A stretch of DNA of 64,000 nt. It comes from an uncultured Chloroflexia bacterium (GTDB lineage Bacteria > Chloroflexota > Limnocylindria > Limnocylindrales > CSP1-4). The position numbers were made by a program, and so were the translations under genes. The notes below the pieces were generated by a model. It had not been told where the DNA came from. It worked only from the letters and a program-made list of their open reading frames with translations, and made no database searches. Location of the stretch: the NCBI GenBank assembly GCA_963746845.1, contig CAVVCZ010000004.1, forward strand, positions 1,056,001 through 1,120,000, read 5' to 3'. Numbering within the stretch: the stretch's first letter is position 1; every line of letters starts with the position of its first letter. This document shows, piece by piece, positions 34,306-44,084 of the stretch.

Positions 34306-35249
34306 GCGCCGCCCTCCGGACCCCAGTCGCCGAGGAAGACGACCTCCGGCTCGAGCCGGACACCGGTGGCGCCCTCGACGGCGGCCGCGACATCGTCGGC
34401 GAGGCCACGCACGTCGGCGGCCGTGCCGTGACGGTCGTTGACGATGAAGTTCGCGTGCTTCTCGGAGACGGTGGCCCCGCCCCGAGTCCGGCCCTTCCAT
34501 CCAATGGAATCGATCAGCCGCCCGGCCGAGTCGCCCGAAGGGTTGCGGAAGGTCGAGCCGGCCGACGGGATCCCGAGCGGCTGGTGCTCGCGCCGCCAAC
34601 GGCGGATCTCGTCGAGGCGACCGGCGATCACGTCCGGGTCAGCGGCCGCAAGCCCGAACGTCGCGGACAGGACGACCTCGTCGGCGTGCTTCAGGCGGCT
34701 GTCCCGGTAGCGGAGGTCGAGCTCCTCGGCGGTCACCCGGGCCTCGGTCCCGTCCGCGAGCAGCACCTGCGCCGACTCGAGGACCGCCGCGACGTCGTGG
34801 TCGTGCGCACCGGCGTTCGCCCAGACCGCCCCGCCGACCGTGCCCGGGATCGCCAGCCCGAACTCCAGGCCAGTCAGACCCGCCTTCTGGGTCTCGGTCG
34901 CGGCACGCGCCATCGGGACGCCGGACTCCGCGACATAGCGCTCGCCCTCGATCCGCGAGCCCTCCGCCCGGTTCTGGACGACGAGCCCACGGATGCCCGC
35001 GTCGGCGATGACGACGTCGCTCCCGCGGCCGAGGAGCGTCAGGGCGATCCCCTGGGCGCGGGCATACCGGACGATGGCCCGCAGCTCGTGGATGTTGTGG
35101 ACCGTCGCGAACAGGTCGGCCGGTCCCCCGACCCGCATCGTCGTGAACCGGGCGAGCGGCTCGTCGCGGGACGTCTTGACGCCGATCCGTCGCTGGATCG
35201 CGGTCCCGACGGCCGTCGCGTCGAACGTTGCCGCGGCGGCCGCCGTCAC
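34302..35249 (-). CDS. murB: UDP-N-acetylenolpyruvoylglucosamine reductase
   Basis: TTMRVGGPAD, IPGTVGGAV.ANAGA, YRDS, SAGSTFRNP, HANF. Confidence 0.96.
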   Translation of the reverse strand: MTAAAAATFDATAVGTAIQRRIGVKTSRDEPLARFTTMRVGGPADLFATVHNIHELRAIVRYARAQGIALTLLGRGSDVVIADAGIRGLVVQNRAEGSRIEGERYVAESGVPMARAATETQKAGLTGLEFGLAIPGTVGGAVWANAGAHDHDVAAVLESAQVLLADGTEARVTAEELDLRYRDSRLKHADEVVLSATFGLAAADPDVIAGRLDEIRRWRREHQPLGIPSAGSTFRNPSGDSAGRLIDSIGWKGRTRGGATVSEKHANFIVNDRHGTAADVRGLADDVAAAVEGATGVRLEPEVVFLGDWGPEGGA

Positions 35250-36406
35250 GCGTCGCCTCGCGCGATCGCCTCGATCGCCTCGACCGGCGGCAGGGGCAGC
35301 CGATCGGCGAGGGCGAGGGTCAGGGTCGCGACCGCGTCGGCGGCACCGGGCCGGCCCAGCGAGCGGGCGGCCGCGGCCATCGCCGCCCGGACCGGCTCGT
35401 CGAACAGGATGTCGGCGGCGGCGACGAGCGCGTCGGCTTCGAGCTGCTCGTCCGGGATCACCCGCGCGGCGCCCGCCTCGGCGAGCGTCCGCGCGTTGGC
35501 GCCCTGGTGGGCGCCGGCGTGCGGGTACGGGACGATGACCGACGGGACCCCGAGCGCGGTGACCTCCGCGAGGGTGGACGAGCCTGCCCGGCCCACGACG
35601 AGATCGGTCGCGACGAGCGCGGCCAGCATGTCCTCGCGGAGGAACGGGTAGGGCCGATAGCGCGGGCGCAGCTCGGGCGGGAGATGCTCGCGCTCGGCGA
35701 GTGCGGCCGCGTAGCCGGTCTCCCCGCTCACGTGGAGGACAACGACCCGCTGGACGAGCCGCGGCAGCGCCGCGGCGACCGCCGCATTGAACCGGCGCAC
35801 GGCCTGCGAGCCTCCGAAGATCAGGATCGCCGGAAGGTCCGCCGGAACCTCGAGCCGGGCACGCGCCGCCTCCCGGGTGATCGCCGTCACGTCGCGGATC
35901 GGGGTCCCGGTTCGATAGACCGGCACGCCGGCGGAGGCGAGCGCTCGTCCGGCAGCGTCGTACGTCACCGCGAGCGCGTCGGCCAGCCGGGCCGTCGCCC
36001 GGACCGCCCGCCCCGGGATCGCATTGCCCTCCCACAGGACCACCGGGATCCGGAGCGGGGCGGCGGCGAGGAGGACCGGGATCGCCACGTACCCGCCCGT
36101 GGTCAGGATGGCCGCGGGCCGTTCGGCCGCGAGGATCGCTCCGGCCTGCGGGATCGAGACGGCCAGCCGGACCGGATCGAGGACCGTGTTGACCGACAGG
36201 TCGACCGTCCGGAGGGAGCGCAGGGCGAGCCGCCGGACGCGGATGCCCGCGTCGCGGACGAGGTCGGCCTCGAGGCCACGATGTCCGCCAACCCAGACGA
36301 GGTCAATCGGGCTCGGACGATCGGGCCGTTCGCGGAGCGAGCGGGCCACGGCGAGGGCCGGGTAGATGTGCCCGCCCGTTCCGCCCCCCGCGATCAGCAG
36401 CCGCAT
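35246..36406 (-). CDS. murG: Undecaprenyl-PP-MurNAc-pentapeptide GlcNAc transferase
   Basis: GGGTGGHIYPALA, GGYV, GGSQA, RAGSSTLAE, HQ.ANA. Confidence 0.96.
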   Translation of the reverse strand: MRLLIAGGGTGGHIYPALAVARSLRERPDRPSPIDLVWVGGHRGLEADLVRDAGIRVRRLALRSLRTVDLSVNTVLDPVRLAVSIPQAGAILAAERPAAILTTGGYVAIPVLLAAAPLRIPVVLWEGNAIPGRAVRATARLADALAVTYDAAGRALASAGVPVYRTGTPIRDVTAITREAARARLEVPADLPAILIFGGSQAVRRFNAAVAAALPRLVQRVVVLHVSGETGYAAALAEREHLPPELRPRYRPYPFLREDMLAALVATDLVVGRAGSSTLAEVTALGVPSVIVPYPHAGAHQGANARTLAEAGAARVIPDEQLEADALVAAADILFDEPVRAAMAAAARSLGRPGAADAVATLTLALADRLPLPPVEAIEAIARGDA

Positions 36407-37655
36407 CGTTCCACGTCCCTCGTACGACGGTCTCGCGCGAGATCGACAACAGGATGCCGACCGCGGCGAGGCTGATGGTCAGCGACGAGCCCCCGGCGCT
36501 GATGAACGGCAGGGTGATGCCGGTCACCGGGATGAGCGCGACGACGACGCCGATGTTGATGAACGCCTGGATGCACAGCCAGGCCGTGATGCCCGCCGCG
36601 AGCAGCGCCCCGAACGTGTCGGGAGCCGCCAGCGAGACGCGGATGCCAGAGTAGGCCAGACCGACGAACAGGAGGATCACGATCCCGGCCCCCACGAGGC
36701 CGAACTCCTCCCCGATGATCGCGAAGATGTAGTCGTTGCTCGCGTTCGGGAGGAACAGCCCGCCGGCCAGGCGGCTCTCGCCCAGCCCCGCGCCGAGCAG
36801 CCCGCCCAGTCCGAGGGCGAGGAGCCCCTGGATCGTGTGGAAGCCGGTTCCGAGCGGGTCGGTCCACGGGTCGAGCCACGTCCGGATCCGCTCGAGCTGG
36901 TAGGCGCGCAGGCCGACCATGATCATCGCCCCGAGGGCGACCACGCCCATGATCGCGAGGTGGATCAGGCTGCCGCCGGCGACGAAGAACATCGTCAGCC
37001 CGGTGAGGCCGATGACCATCGTCGTGCCCAGGTCCGGCTCCTTGAAGACGAGCGCCACGATCGGCGCGAGGATGATGAGGAACGGGATCGTGCCGGCCCA
37101 GAAGCCCTTGATCCGGCCGCCGCGCTTCGCGAACCAGTGGGCGAGATAGACGATCAGGGCGAGCTTCGCGAACTCCGCGGGGTGGAGCGCGGGCAGGACC
37201 GGGAGCTTCAGCCAGCGAGCGGACCCGCCGACCACGATGTTCAGGCTCGGGACGAAGACGAGGATGAGGAGACCGAGGGCGATCACGTAGAGCGGGACCG
37301 AGACGAACCGGAGATAGCGATAGTCGACCCGCATCATCCCGGCCATCGCGACCATCCCGAGCGCAGCCCAGCCGATCTGGGGGCCGACGATCGAAAGCGT
37401 GTCGTCCGTGGCGATGTACGCCTTCATCGCCGAGCTCGAGTAGACCATCAGGATGCCGATCGCGGTCAGGGCGACGACGATCACGAGGATCGCGTAGTCC
37501 GCCTGGTGCCGTTCGCGGACGAGGGCCGTGGCCTTCTGCCGGGCGGGCGTCCGCGGGGTGGCGCCGGCGTCGGGCCGATCCACCCGGTCGTCCCCGTCGA
37601 TGGCGCCCCGCCGGCCGAGGCCGAGAGGCACGTGCCGCCGAAGGGCGTCGGTCAT
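36303..37655 (-). CDS. ftsW: Peptidoglycan glycosyltransferase FtsW
   Basis: G..RW, PAEFAK, EPDLGT, DYIFAIIGEEFG, GITLPFISAGGSS. Confidence 0.95.
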   Translation of the reverse strand: MTDALRRHVPLGLGRRGAIDGDDRVDRPDAGATPRTPARQKATALVRERHQADYAILVIVVALTAIGILMVYSSSAMKAYIATDDTLSIVGPQIGWAALGMVAMAGMMRVDYRYLRFVSVPLYVIALGLLILVFVPSLNIVVGGSARWLKLPVLPALHPAEFAKLALIVYLAHWFAKRGGRIKGFWAGTIPFLIILAPIVALVFKEPDLGTTMVIGLTGLTMFFVAGGSLIHLAIMGVVALGAMIMVGLRAYQLERIRTWLDPWTDPLGTGFHTIQGLLALGLGGLLGAGLGESRLAGGLFLPNASNDYIFAIIGEEFGLVGAGIVILLFVGLAYSGIRVSLAAPDTFGALLAAGITAWLCIQAFINIGVVVALIPVTGITLPFISAGGSSLTISLAAVGILLSISRETVVRGTWNDAAADRGGRNGRAHLPGPRRGPLAPRTARSSEPD

Positions 37656-39169
37656 GAGGTCCTCCCTCGCTCTCGCTCCGCGGCGATCGCGGCGACCGCC
37701 TCCTTGAACGCCCGTCCCCGGGCGGCGTAGTCCACGAACATGTCGAAGCTGGCCGCCGCCGGGCTGAGGAGCACGGTCGCTGGCGGTGTCGCACCCGCCG
37801 CGATCCGCTCGCGGGCGACGGCGTCGGCCTTCCGCACGGCCTCGTCGAGGCTGGTGGCACGCTCCGTCCGGGCGAGTCCGGCGGCGCGGAACCGGACCGC
37901 CAGGTTGGGGCCGCTCTCGCCGATCAGCACGGCGGCGACCGCGCGTTCGGCCACCACCGGTCCGAGCGCCGACAGGTCGACGCCCTTGTCCCGGCCGCCG
38001 GCGATCAGGACGACCGGCGGATCGAACGCCAGGAGCGCCGCGATCACGGCATCGGGCTGGGTGCCCTGCGAATCGTTGACGAACCGGACGCCGTCGACGA
38101 TCGCCACGGGCTCGAGACGATGCTCGACGCCGGTGAACGCCATGGCCGCCCGGCGGATCGATTCGGCCGGGATGCCGAAGCGGCGGGCGGTCGCAACGGC
38201 GGCCAGCGCGTTCGCGATGTTGTGCCGGCCGGGGATCGCCAGCTCGTCGGCCCGAAGGATGGCCTCGCCGCCATCCGCGACGATCCGGCCGTCGACCAGG
38301 CCGACACCGCCGGACCGTGGCGCCGCGAGCCCGTACCAGACCACCTGCGCACGGGCGTCGTCGGCGTACGCCGCAACGACCGGGTCGTCGGCGTTGAGGA
38401 CGAGCGCGCCGTTCGGGTCCACCAGCTCCGCGAGCCGGCGCTTCGCCGCCCGGTAGCCGTCGAGCGAGCCGTGGCGGTCCAGGTGGTCGGACGTCACGTT
38501 CGTGTAGACCGCGACCGTCGTGCCGCGGGTGAGTGTCGGGAGCTGGAGCTCGCTCAGCTCGATCACGACCCGGTGGTCAGGTGTCAGCTCGGGCAGCCGC
38601 TCGACGAGCGGGACCCCGATGTTCCCGCCGAGTACCGCGGGATGGCCCGGGTCCTCGGCGAGGAGGGCCGCGATCAGCGACGACGTCGTCGTCTTGCCCT
38701 TCGTCCCGGTGACGCCGATCGTCGGCGCCGGGCACAGCCTCAGGAACAGGTCCGCCTCCGAGACGAGGGACGGTGCGAGCGGATCGCCGGCGGCCCGGGC
38801 CGCGACGAGCGCCCGGAGTGCGTCGCGGAGCCGGGGCTCCGTCGTCGGATAGTCCGGGTTGATCGAGGGCGAGGTCGCGACGAGCGCGGCGCCGTCCCAG
38901 GCGCTCGCCGGATCGACGTCCGGACCCGCGACCAGGCGGATCGTCCGGCCCTCGAGGCGCTCGACCGCATCGGTGTGCGCATCTGCCGGTCGTCCGTCGT
39001 AGACCGTCACCGAGGCGCCGGCGTCGACGAGGAACCGGGCCAGGGCGATCCCGCTCCGGGCGAACCCGAGGACCGTCACGGATCGACCGCGAAGCGCGCC
39101 GTCGCGGACGTCGTCCATCGTCAGACGATCGAGGTCGATCGGGCGCTCGGTCGCCATCGTCGTGCTCAC
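37652..39169 (-). CDS. murD: UDP-MurNAc-L-Ala--D-Glu ligase
   Basis: GFARSG, GTKGKTTT, GGNIG, DHLDRH, GVEHRLE, NDSQGT, LLSPAAASFDMF. Confidence 0.96.
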   Translation of the reverse strand: MSTTMATERPIDLDRLTMDDVRDGALRGRSVTVLGFARSGIALARFLVDAGASVTVYDGRPADAHTDAVERLEGRTIRLVAGPDVDPASAWDGAALVATSPSINPDYPTTEPRLRDALRALVAARAAGDPLAPSLVSEADLFLRLCPAPTIGVTGTKGKTTTSSLIAALLAEDPGHPAVLGGNIGVPLVERLPELTPDHRVVIELSELQLPTLTRGTTVAVYTNVTSDHLDRHGSLDGYRAAKRRLAELVDPNGALVLNADDPVVAAYADDARAQVVWYGLAAPRSGGVGLVDGRIVADGGEAILRADELAIPGRHNIANALAAVATARRFGIPAESIRRAAMAFTGVEHRLEPVAIVDGVRFVNDSQGTQPDAVIAALLAFDPPVVLIAGGRDKGVDLSALGPVVAERAVAAVLIGESGPNLAVRFRAAGLARTERATSLDEAVRKADAVARERIAAGATPPATVLLSPAAASFDMFVDYAARGRAFKEAVAAIAAERERGRTS

Positions 39170-40146
39170 GCCAGCTTCTGGATCGAGGCGAGGAACAACG
39201 TCACGCCGAGGAGACCGGCGAGGATCCCGACGATCCAGAACCGGAGCGTGATCTTCTCCTCGTCCCAGCCCGCCAGCTCGAAGTGGTGATGGAGCGGGGC
39301 CATCCGGAAGATCCGCTTGCCGCCGCTGAGCTTGAAGTAGCCGATCTGGATGATGTCGGAGGCCGTCTCGATCACGAAGATCAGCCCGATCAGGGGCAGG
39401 ACGAGGATCTGGCCGGTGATCAGGGCGATGACGGCCAGCGTGGCCCCGAGGGCGAGCGAGCCCGAGTCGCCCATGAAGATCTGGGCCGGGTGGACGTTGA
39501 ACCACAGGAACCCGAGCAGCGCCCCGATGATCAGGGCGCACAGGAACGCAAGGTTCGGCTGGGCCGGGACGTTCAGGAGCGCGACGAGCAGGAACGCCAC
39601 GAAGGCGAAGACGAGGGTCCCGCCCGCGAGCCCGTCGAGGCCGTCGGTGATGTTCACGCCGTTGCTGGCGGCGATGATCGCGAACGCGGCGAACAGGACG
39701 TAGACGACGGGGTCGATGTGGACGGCGCCGACGAACGGGACCGCGATCTGGTCGATCTGGTAGGTCCGCTGGATCAGGAACGCGGCCGCGAAGGCAAAGA
39801 CGACCTGCCAGAGCAGCTTCTGCATCACCCGGATGCCCTCGCCGGTCTTCGCGTTCAGGTAGTCGTCGAACGCGCCGAGGACCCCGACGCCGGCGAGCGC
39901 CGCCAGCGGGGCGAAGATGCCGCCCTCGGGCGGGAACCGCAGCAGCAGGTACAGGGCGAGGATCACGACGATCAGGAGCGCCCCGCCCATCGTCGGCGTG
40001 CCTTGCTTGATCTGGTGGCTGTCCGGACCCTCGATCCGGATCTGCTTCGTGAAGCCGGTGGCCCGGAGCAGCCGGATGTACGGCGGCATGAGGATCACGA
40101 CGATCGCGAACGCGAGCAGCAGGCCCTGGATCAGCTCGACCCTCAT
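39166..40146 (-). CDS. mraY: Phospho-MurNAc-pentapeptide transferase
   Basis: GTPTMGG, DDY, NITDGLDGL, FMGDSGSL, MAPLHHHFE. Confidence 0.97.
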   Translation of the reverse strand: MRVELIQGLLLAFAIVVILMPPYIRLLRATGFTKQIRIEGPDSHQIKQGTPTMGGALLIVVILALYLLLRFPPEGGIFAPLAALAGVGVLGAFDDYLNAKTGEGIRVMQKLLWQVVFAFAAAFLIQRTYQIDQIAVPFVGAVHIDPVVYVLFAAFAIIAASNGVNITDGLDGLAGGTLVFAFVAFLLVALLNVPAQPNLAFLCALIIGALLGFLWFNVHPAQIFMGDSGSLALGATLAVIALITGQILVLPLIGLIFVIETASDIIQIGYFKLSGGKRIFRMAPLHHHFELAGWDEEKITLRFWIVGILAGLLGVTLFLASIQKLA

Positions 40147-41615
40147 CGCGCGGCGTCGCCCGCGCCGAGGACGGAAGCCAGCTCGTCGACGAGGACGTCG
40201 AGAGCGATCCCGCGCGATGCCTTGACGAGGACGACGTCGCCCGGCTCCAGGATGTCGAGGAGGAGCGCGCGAGCGGCGTCCCGGTCCGGGACCCGCCTGA
40301 TCACCGTGGCGGCCATCCCGGCGTCGAGCGCCCCGGTCGCGATCCCGGCCGCTCCGTCGCCGATGACGACGAGCCGATCGGCGATCGCCGCAGCGGCCGC
40401 GCCGACGAGCCGGTGGCCGGCGTCGCTCCCCTCGCCGAGCTCGAGCATCTCGCCGAGGACGGCGATCCGCCGGCCGGGCAGCCCGGACAGCAGCTCCAGG
40501 CCCGCCTCGACCGACGCCGGAGAGGCGTTGTAGCTGTCGTCGACAATCACGACGTCGCCCGCCCGGATCAGCTGGGCGCGATGCGGCACGCTCCAGCCGG
40601 CGCGCAGCGAGGCGACGACATCGTCGAGCGCCAGACCGAACGCGAGGCCCGTCGCAGCGGCCGCGAGCGCGTTGTGCACCGCGAGCCGCCCGAGGGTCGG
40701 GATGACGACCCGTCGTCGACCCGCGTCAGTGACGGCGTCGAATGTCATCCCGTCGATGCCCCGGGAGGCGACCGCCTCCGCGCGCACGTCGGCGTCCGGC
40801 GCGAACCCGTAGGTCACCACCCGTGCGCGCGTCCGCGCCGCCATCCGCCGGACCCGCTCGTCGTCGGCGTTGAGGATCGCGACCCCGTCCGACGGGAGCG
40901 CCTCCACGAGCTCGCCCTTCGCCTGTTCGACCGCCTCGATCGACCCGATCCGCGACAGGTGGACCGGCTGGACGGCCGTCACGACCCCGATCTCGGGTCG
41001 CCCGATCCGGGCGAGGTCCGCGATCTCGCCGCCGACATACATCCCCATCTCGAGCACGGCGGCACGGTGCTCCGAGCGGAGCCGGAGGACGGTCAGCGGC
41101 AGCCCGATCTCGTTGTTCAGGTTGCCCTCGTTGCGGAGCGTCGGCAGCGCGGCCCCGAGGACCGTGGCAATGGCCTCCTTCGTCGAGGTCTTCGCGATCG
41201 ACCCGGTGACGCCGACCACGAGCGGGTCGAACCTGGAGCGCCACGCGGTCGCCACGGCCTGGAGCGCGCGCAGCGGATCGTCGACCAGGGCGATCGTCGC
41301 GTCGACGGTCGCCGGATCGATGTCGTCCGGCACGTGCGAGACGAGGACTCCCGCGGCGCCGGCGGCCAGGGCCCCGGCCATGAACCGGTGGCCGTCGGTC
41401 CGCTCGCCCGGCAGGGCCACGAACAGGTTGCCCGGCTTGACGGCGCGGGAGTCGACGGCGCCGTCGCGGATCGGTCGATCGGATCGGGCCACGAGCATGC
41501 CGCCGGTCGCGGCCGCGAGCTCGTCGGCGGTCAGCCCCCGATCGGGCCCGTCGGTTGTCGGTGACGGATCACGCCGATCGGTCACGCGGCGAAGGGTCGC
41601 ACAGGCCCCGCTCAC
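40143..41615 (-). CDS. murF: UDP-MurNAc-tripeptide--D-Ala-D-Ala ligase
   Basis: DSR, DGH.F, TGS.AKTSTKE, NNEIGLP, DSYNASP, GEMLELG, VKASRG; start may be a later GTG. Confidence 0.95.
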   Translation of the reverse strand: MSGACATLRRVTDRRDPSPTTDGPDRGLTADELAAATGGMLVARSDRPIRDGAVDSRAVKPGNLFVALPGERTDGHRFMAGALAAGAAGVLVSHVPDDIDPATVDATIALVDDPLRALQAVATAWRSRFDPLVVGVTGSIAKTSTKEAIATVLGAALPTLRNEGNLNNEIGLPLTVLRLRSEHRAAVLEMGMYVGGEIADLARIGRPEIGVVTAVQPVHLSRIGSIEAVEQAKGELVEALPSDGVAILNADDERVRRMAARTRARVVTYGFAPDADVRAEAVASRGIDGMTFDAVTDAGRRRVVIPTLGRLAVHNALAAAATGLAFGLALDDVVASLRAGWSVPHRAQLIRAGDVVIVDDSYNASPASVEAGLELLSGLPGRRIAVLGEMLELGEGSDAGHRLVGAAAAAIADRLVVIGDGAAGIATGALDAGMAATVIRRVPDRDAARALLLDILEPGDVVLVKASRGIALDVLVDELASVLGAGDAAR

Positions 41616-43444
41616 CGGCTCGCGGCCGTCGGCTGCGCGACGTCCGTGCTGTCCGGGAGGAGATCGGGCGTGGTGATGGCGTCGTGGGCGATCCGGCGGA
41701 ACAGCTCGAACGACATCACGGGCATCTCGAGCCGGCCCTGTTTGGCAACCGTGGGCGTGCCCTCCTCGATCCGGATCGCGACAACCAGATCCGGGTGGCC
41801 GGTCTCGCGCGCGATGTATCCGACGAACGAGTAATTGAAGATGTCTTGCTTCCAGGCGCCGCGTCCCTTGTTGGCCTTCGGATCCCAGATCTGGGCCGTA
41901 CCGGTCTTCCCGCCGACGTCATAGCCGTGGATGAGGGTGCGGTCGCGGTAGAACGGGACCGTTGTCACCACGTGGTTCATCATCCCGACCAGCGTTCTCG
42001 ACAGGTCGGGCGTGATCACCTGGCCACGCGGCGGGATCTCGCGCGCGTTGAGCCCGACCGACGCGACGACGTGCGGCTGGATCAGCTGGCCGCCGTTCAT
42101 CATCGCCGCGTAGGCCGTCGCGAGCTGCATCGGCGTCACGGCCACGCCCTGCCCGAACGAACCGTTCGCGAGGTCGATCTGGCGCCACGGCCGCGTCGCG
42201 GGGTCGCGAACGATCCCGTTGACCTCACCCGAGAGGTCGACGCCCGTCGGACTGCCGAACCCGAACCGCGTCCACGTCGAGTGGAGGAGGGTCGAGGCGG
42301 CGTTCGTGCTCTTGTCCAGCCCGATCGCGACCTTCGCCGCGACGACGTTGCGCGAGTAGGCGATCGCGTCCTGGAACGTGAGCCAGCCCATGGCCTTGTG
42401 GTCCGCATCGTCGACGTGGGTCTGGCCGCCGTCCAGCCTCAGGATTCCCGTGTCCTTCACCTTCGTCATCGTCGTGACCTCGCCCTTCTCGAGCGCGGCG
42501 ACGGTGGTGAGCATCTTGAACACGGAGCCCGGCTCGTAGACGGAGCTGACGATCGGGTCGATGAACCGCGACGGGTTGCTCGCGGCGATCGCCGCGTAGG
42601 CGTTGCCGTCGTAGGACGGATATGACGCCTCGGCGAGGATCTCGCCGGTGTACGGGTTCATCACGATGGCGGAGACCGACTTCGCCCGGTCCGCGGCCCA
42701 CGCGGCGAGGATCTCCTGCTCCACCGACAGCTGGAGGCCGGCGTCGATCGTGAGACGCAGGTCCTCGCCCGGCGCACCGGCATCCTCGACCACCGCCGTG
42801 TCGGGGATCTGGCGCGCGGCGATGTCCCGCTGGGCCTGGACGACCCTCGGCCGCCCGGCGAGCTGCTCCTGGTAGTACTGCTCGACGCCGTACTGGCCGA
42901 CGCCCTCGCGGTTGACGAAGCCGAGGAGCTTCGCAGCGAGCGTCGTGTTCGGCGCACCGCCCGGCTGCGGATAGACGCGGACCGGCTCCGGCTCGAGGCT
43001 GAGGCCCTTCAGGCGGCCGCCCGTGATCGCGGCCTGGATCTGGCCGGCCACGGTCGTGTCGAGCGCGTGGGCGAGGATGACGTACTTCCGCTCGGAGGTC
43101 TCACGATCGGTCAGCGTCTGGACATCCTCGCCGGTGAGGCCGAGGATCGAGACGAGGTCGGCGGCGACGGCCCGTCGGGTGACCGCGTCGATCTCGGACG
43201 GGGTGGAGACGAGGCGCTGTCGCTCGATCGTCGTGGCGAGGACGACGACCCCGGTCCGATCGTAGATGTCGCCCCGCCGGCTCGGTGTCGGCTCGCGCAT
43301 CGTGGTCTGCTGGAGGGCCTCGTCGGCGAGGCGGTCGCGCTGGCCCACCTGCCAGTACGCGAGGCGGGCGAGCAGCGCCGATCCGACCGTTGCGAAGACG
43401 ATCAGGAGGAACAGCGAGCGACGGCGCGAATCGGTGCGACCCAT
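41612..43444 (-). CDS. ftsI: Class B penicillin-binding protein (FtsI)
   Basis: RG.IYDR, R.YP, GVEQYY, LTID; catalytic SVFK (SxxK), SRN (SxN) and KTG motifs. Confidence 0.93.
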   Translation of the reverse strand: MGRTDSRRRSLFLLIVFATVGSALLARLAYWQVGQRDRLADEALQQTTMREPTPSRRGDIYDRTGVVVLATTIERQRLVSTPSEIDAVTRRAVAADLVSILGLTGEDVQTLTDRETSERKYVILAHALDTTVAGQIQAAITGGRLKGLSLEPEPVRVYPQPGGAPNTTLAAKLLGFVNREGVGQYGVEQYYQEQLAGRPRVVQAQRDIAARQIPDTAVVEDAGAPGEDLRLTIDAGLQLSVEQEILAAWAADRAKSVSAIVMNPYTGEILAEASYPSYDGNAYAAIAASNPSRFIDPIVSSVYEPGSVFKMLTTVAALEKGEVTTMTKVKDTGILRLDGGQTHVDDADHKAMGWLTFQDAIAYSRNVVAAKVAIGLDKSTNAASTLLHSTWTRFGFGSPTGVDLSGEVNGIVRDPATRPWRQIDLANGSFGQGVAVTPMQLATAYAAMMNGGQLIQPHVVASVGLNAREIPPRGQVITPDLSRTLVGMMNHVVTTVPFYRDRTLIHGYDVGGKTGTAQIWDPKANKGRGAWKQDIFNYSFVGYIARETGHPDLVVAIRIEEGTPTVAKQGRLEMPVMSFELFRRIAHDAITTPDLLPDSTDVAQPTAASR

Positions 43445-43462
43445 GGCTGATCCGTCGATGGC

Positions 43463-43846
43463 CTAGTGACTGCCGCCGACGACGACCGGCGCCGACAGCT
43501 GGGTCAGGCCGGCGTCGATCGCGAGCTTCTTGATCGCCGGCTCCTGGCTGAGCCGGTTGAGGTCGGTCATCAGCTCGGACTTGCGGACGAGGAGCGCGTC
43601 CCGCTCGGAGGTCAGGCGCTCCAGGTCGTAGCCCGTCGCCGACACCCGCATCGTCTGCGCCAGCGAGAAGAACGCGAGGACGAACGCGATGACGATCGCG
43701 CCGAGGATGACCGGGAACTGGTTCGCCCGGCGCTTCGCCCGGATCGCCCCACGGACCCGCCGCCGGGGCAGGGTCGGGACGTCGGCGACGCGGGAGCGTC
43801 GGGGCAGGAACGATGAGCGAGGGCGGGCCCCCGAGTAGACCGCCAC
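43463..43846 (-). CDS. ftsL: FtsL-like cell division protein
   Basis: Basic cytoplasmic N-terminus, one TM segment, coiled coil (GYDLERL...L...LNRL...I...A...GL); directly before ftsI. Confidence 0.7.
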   Translation of the reverse strand: MAVYSGARPRSSFLPRRSRVADVPTLPRRRVRGAIRAKRRANQFPVILGAIVIAFVLAFFSLAQTMRVSATGYDLERLTSERDALLVRKSELMTDLNRLSQEPAIKKLAIDAGLTQLSAPVVVGGSH

Positions 43847-44046
43847 TAGTCGCCCAGGAGGAAGCGAAGGCGCGGAGCCCGGGGATCGAGGAACGACAGC
43901 GGGTCGACTGGCTGGGCGATCCCGAACCCGTCGCCGTCGGGCTCGTCGGCGGCGGGGTTGTGGCGGGCGACGGCCTGACGCTCGTGGATCTCGTGCTGGC
44001 GCCGGCCGTACGACCTCCGTCGGCTGTTCTGATGACGCTTGCTCAC
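43846..44046 (-). CDS. Small hypothetical protein (66 aa) inside the dcw operon
   Basis: AGGAGG SD 7 nt before GTG; stop overlaps the ftsL start (TAGTG). Confidence 0.7.
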   Translation of the reverse strand: MSKRHQNSRRRSYGRRQHEIHERQAVARHNPAADEPDGDGFGIAQPVDPLSFLDPRAPRLRFLLGD

Positions 44047-44084
44047 GATGAGTCCTCCTCTCTCCGCTCGATGGATGGACGTGT

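Noticed and set aside
36303-36406. 104-nt ftsW/murG overlap as a frameshift
   Set aside because: Both proteins have complete conserved motifs; the FtsW tail is simply a run-on extension.
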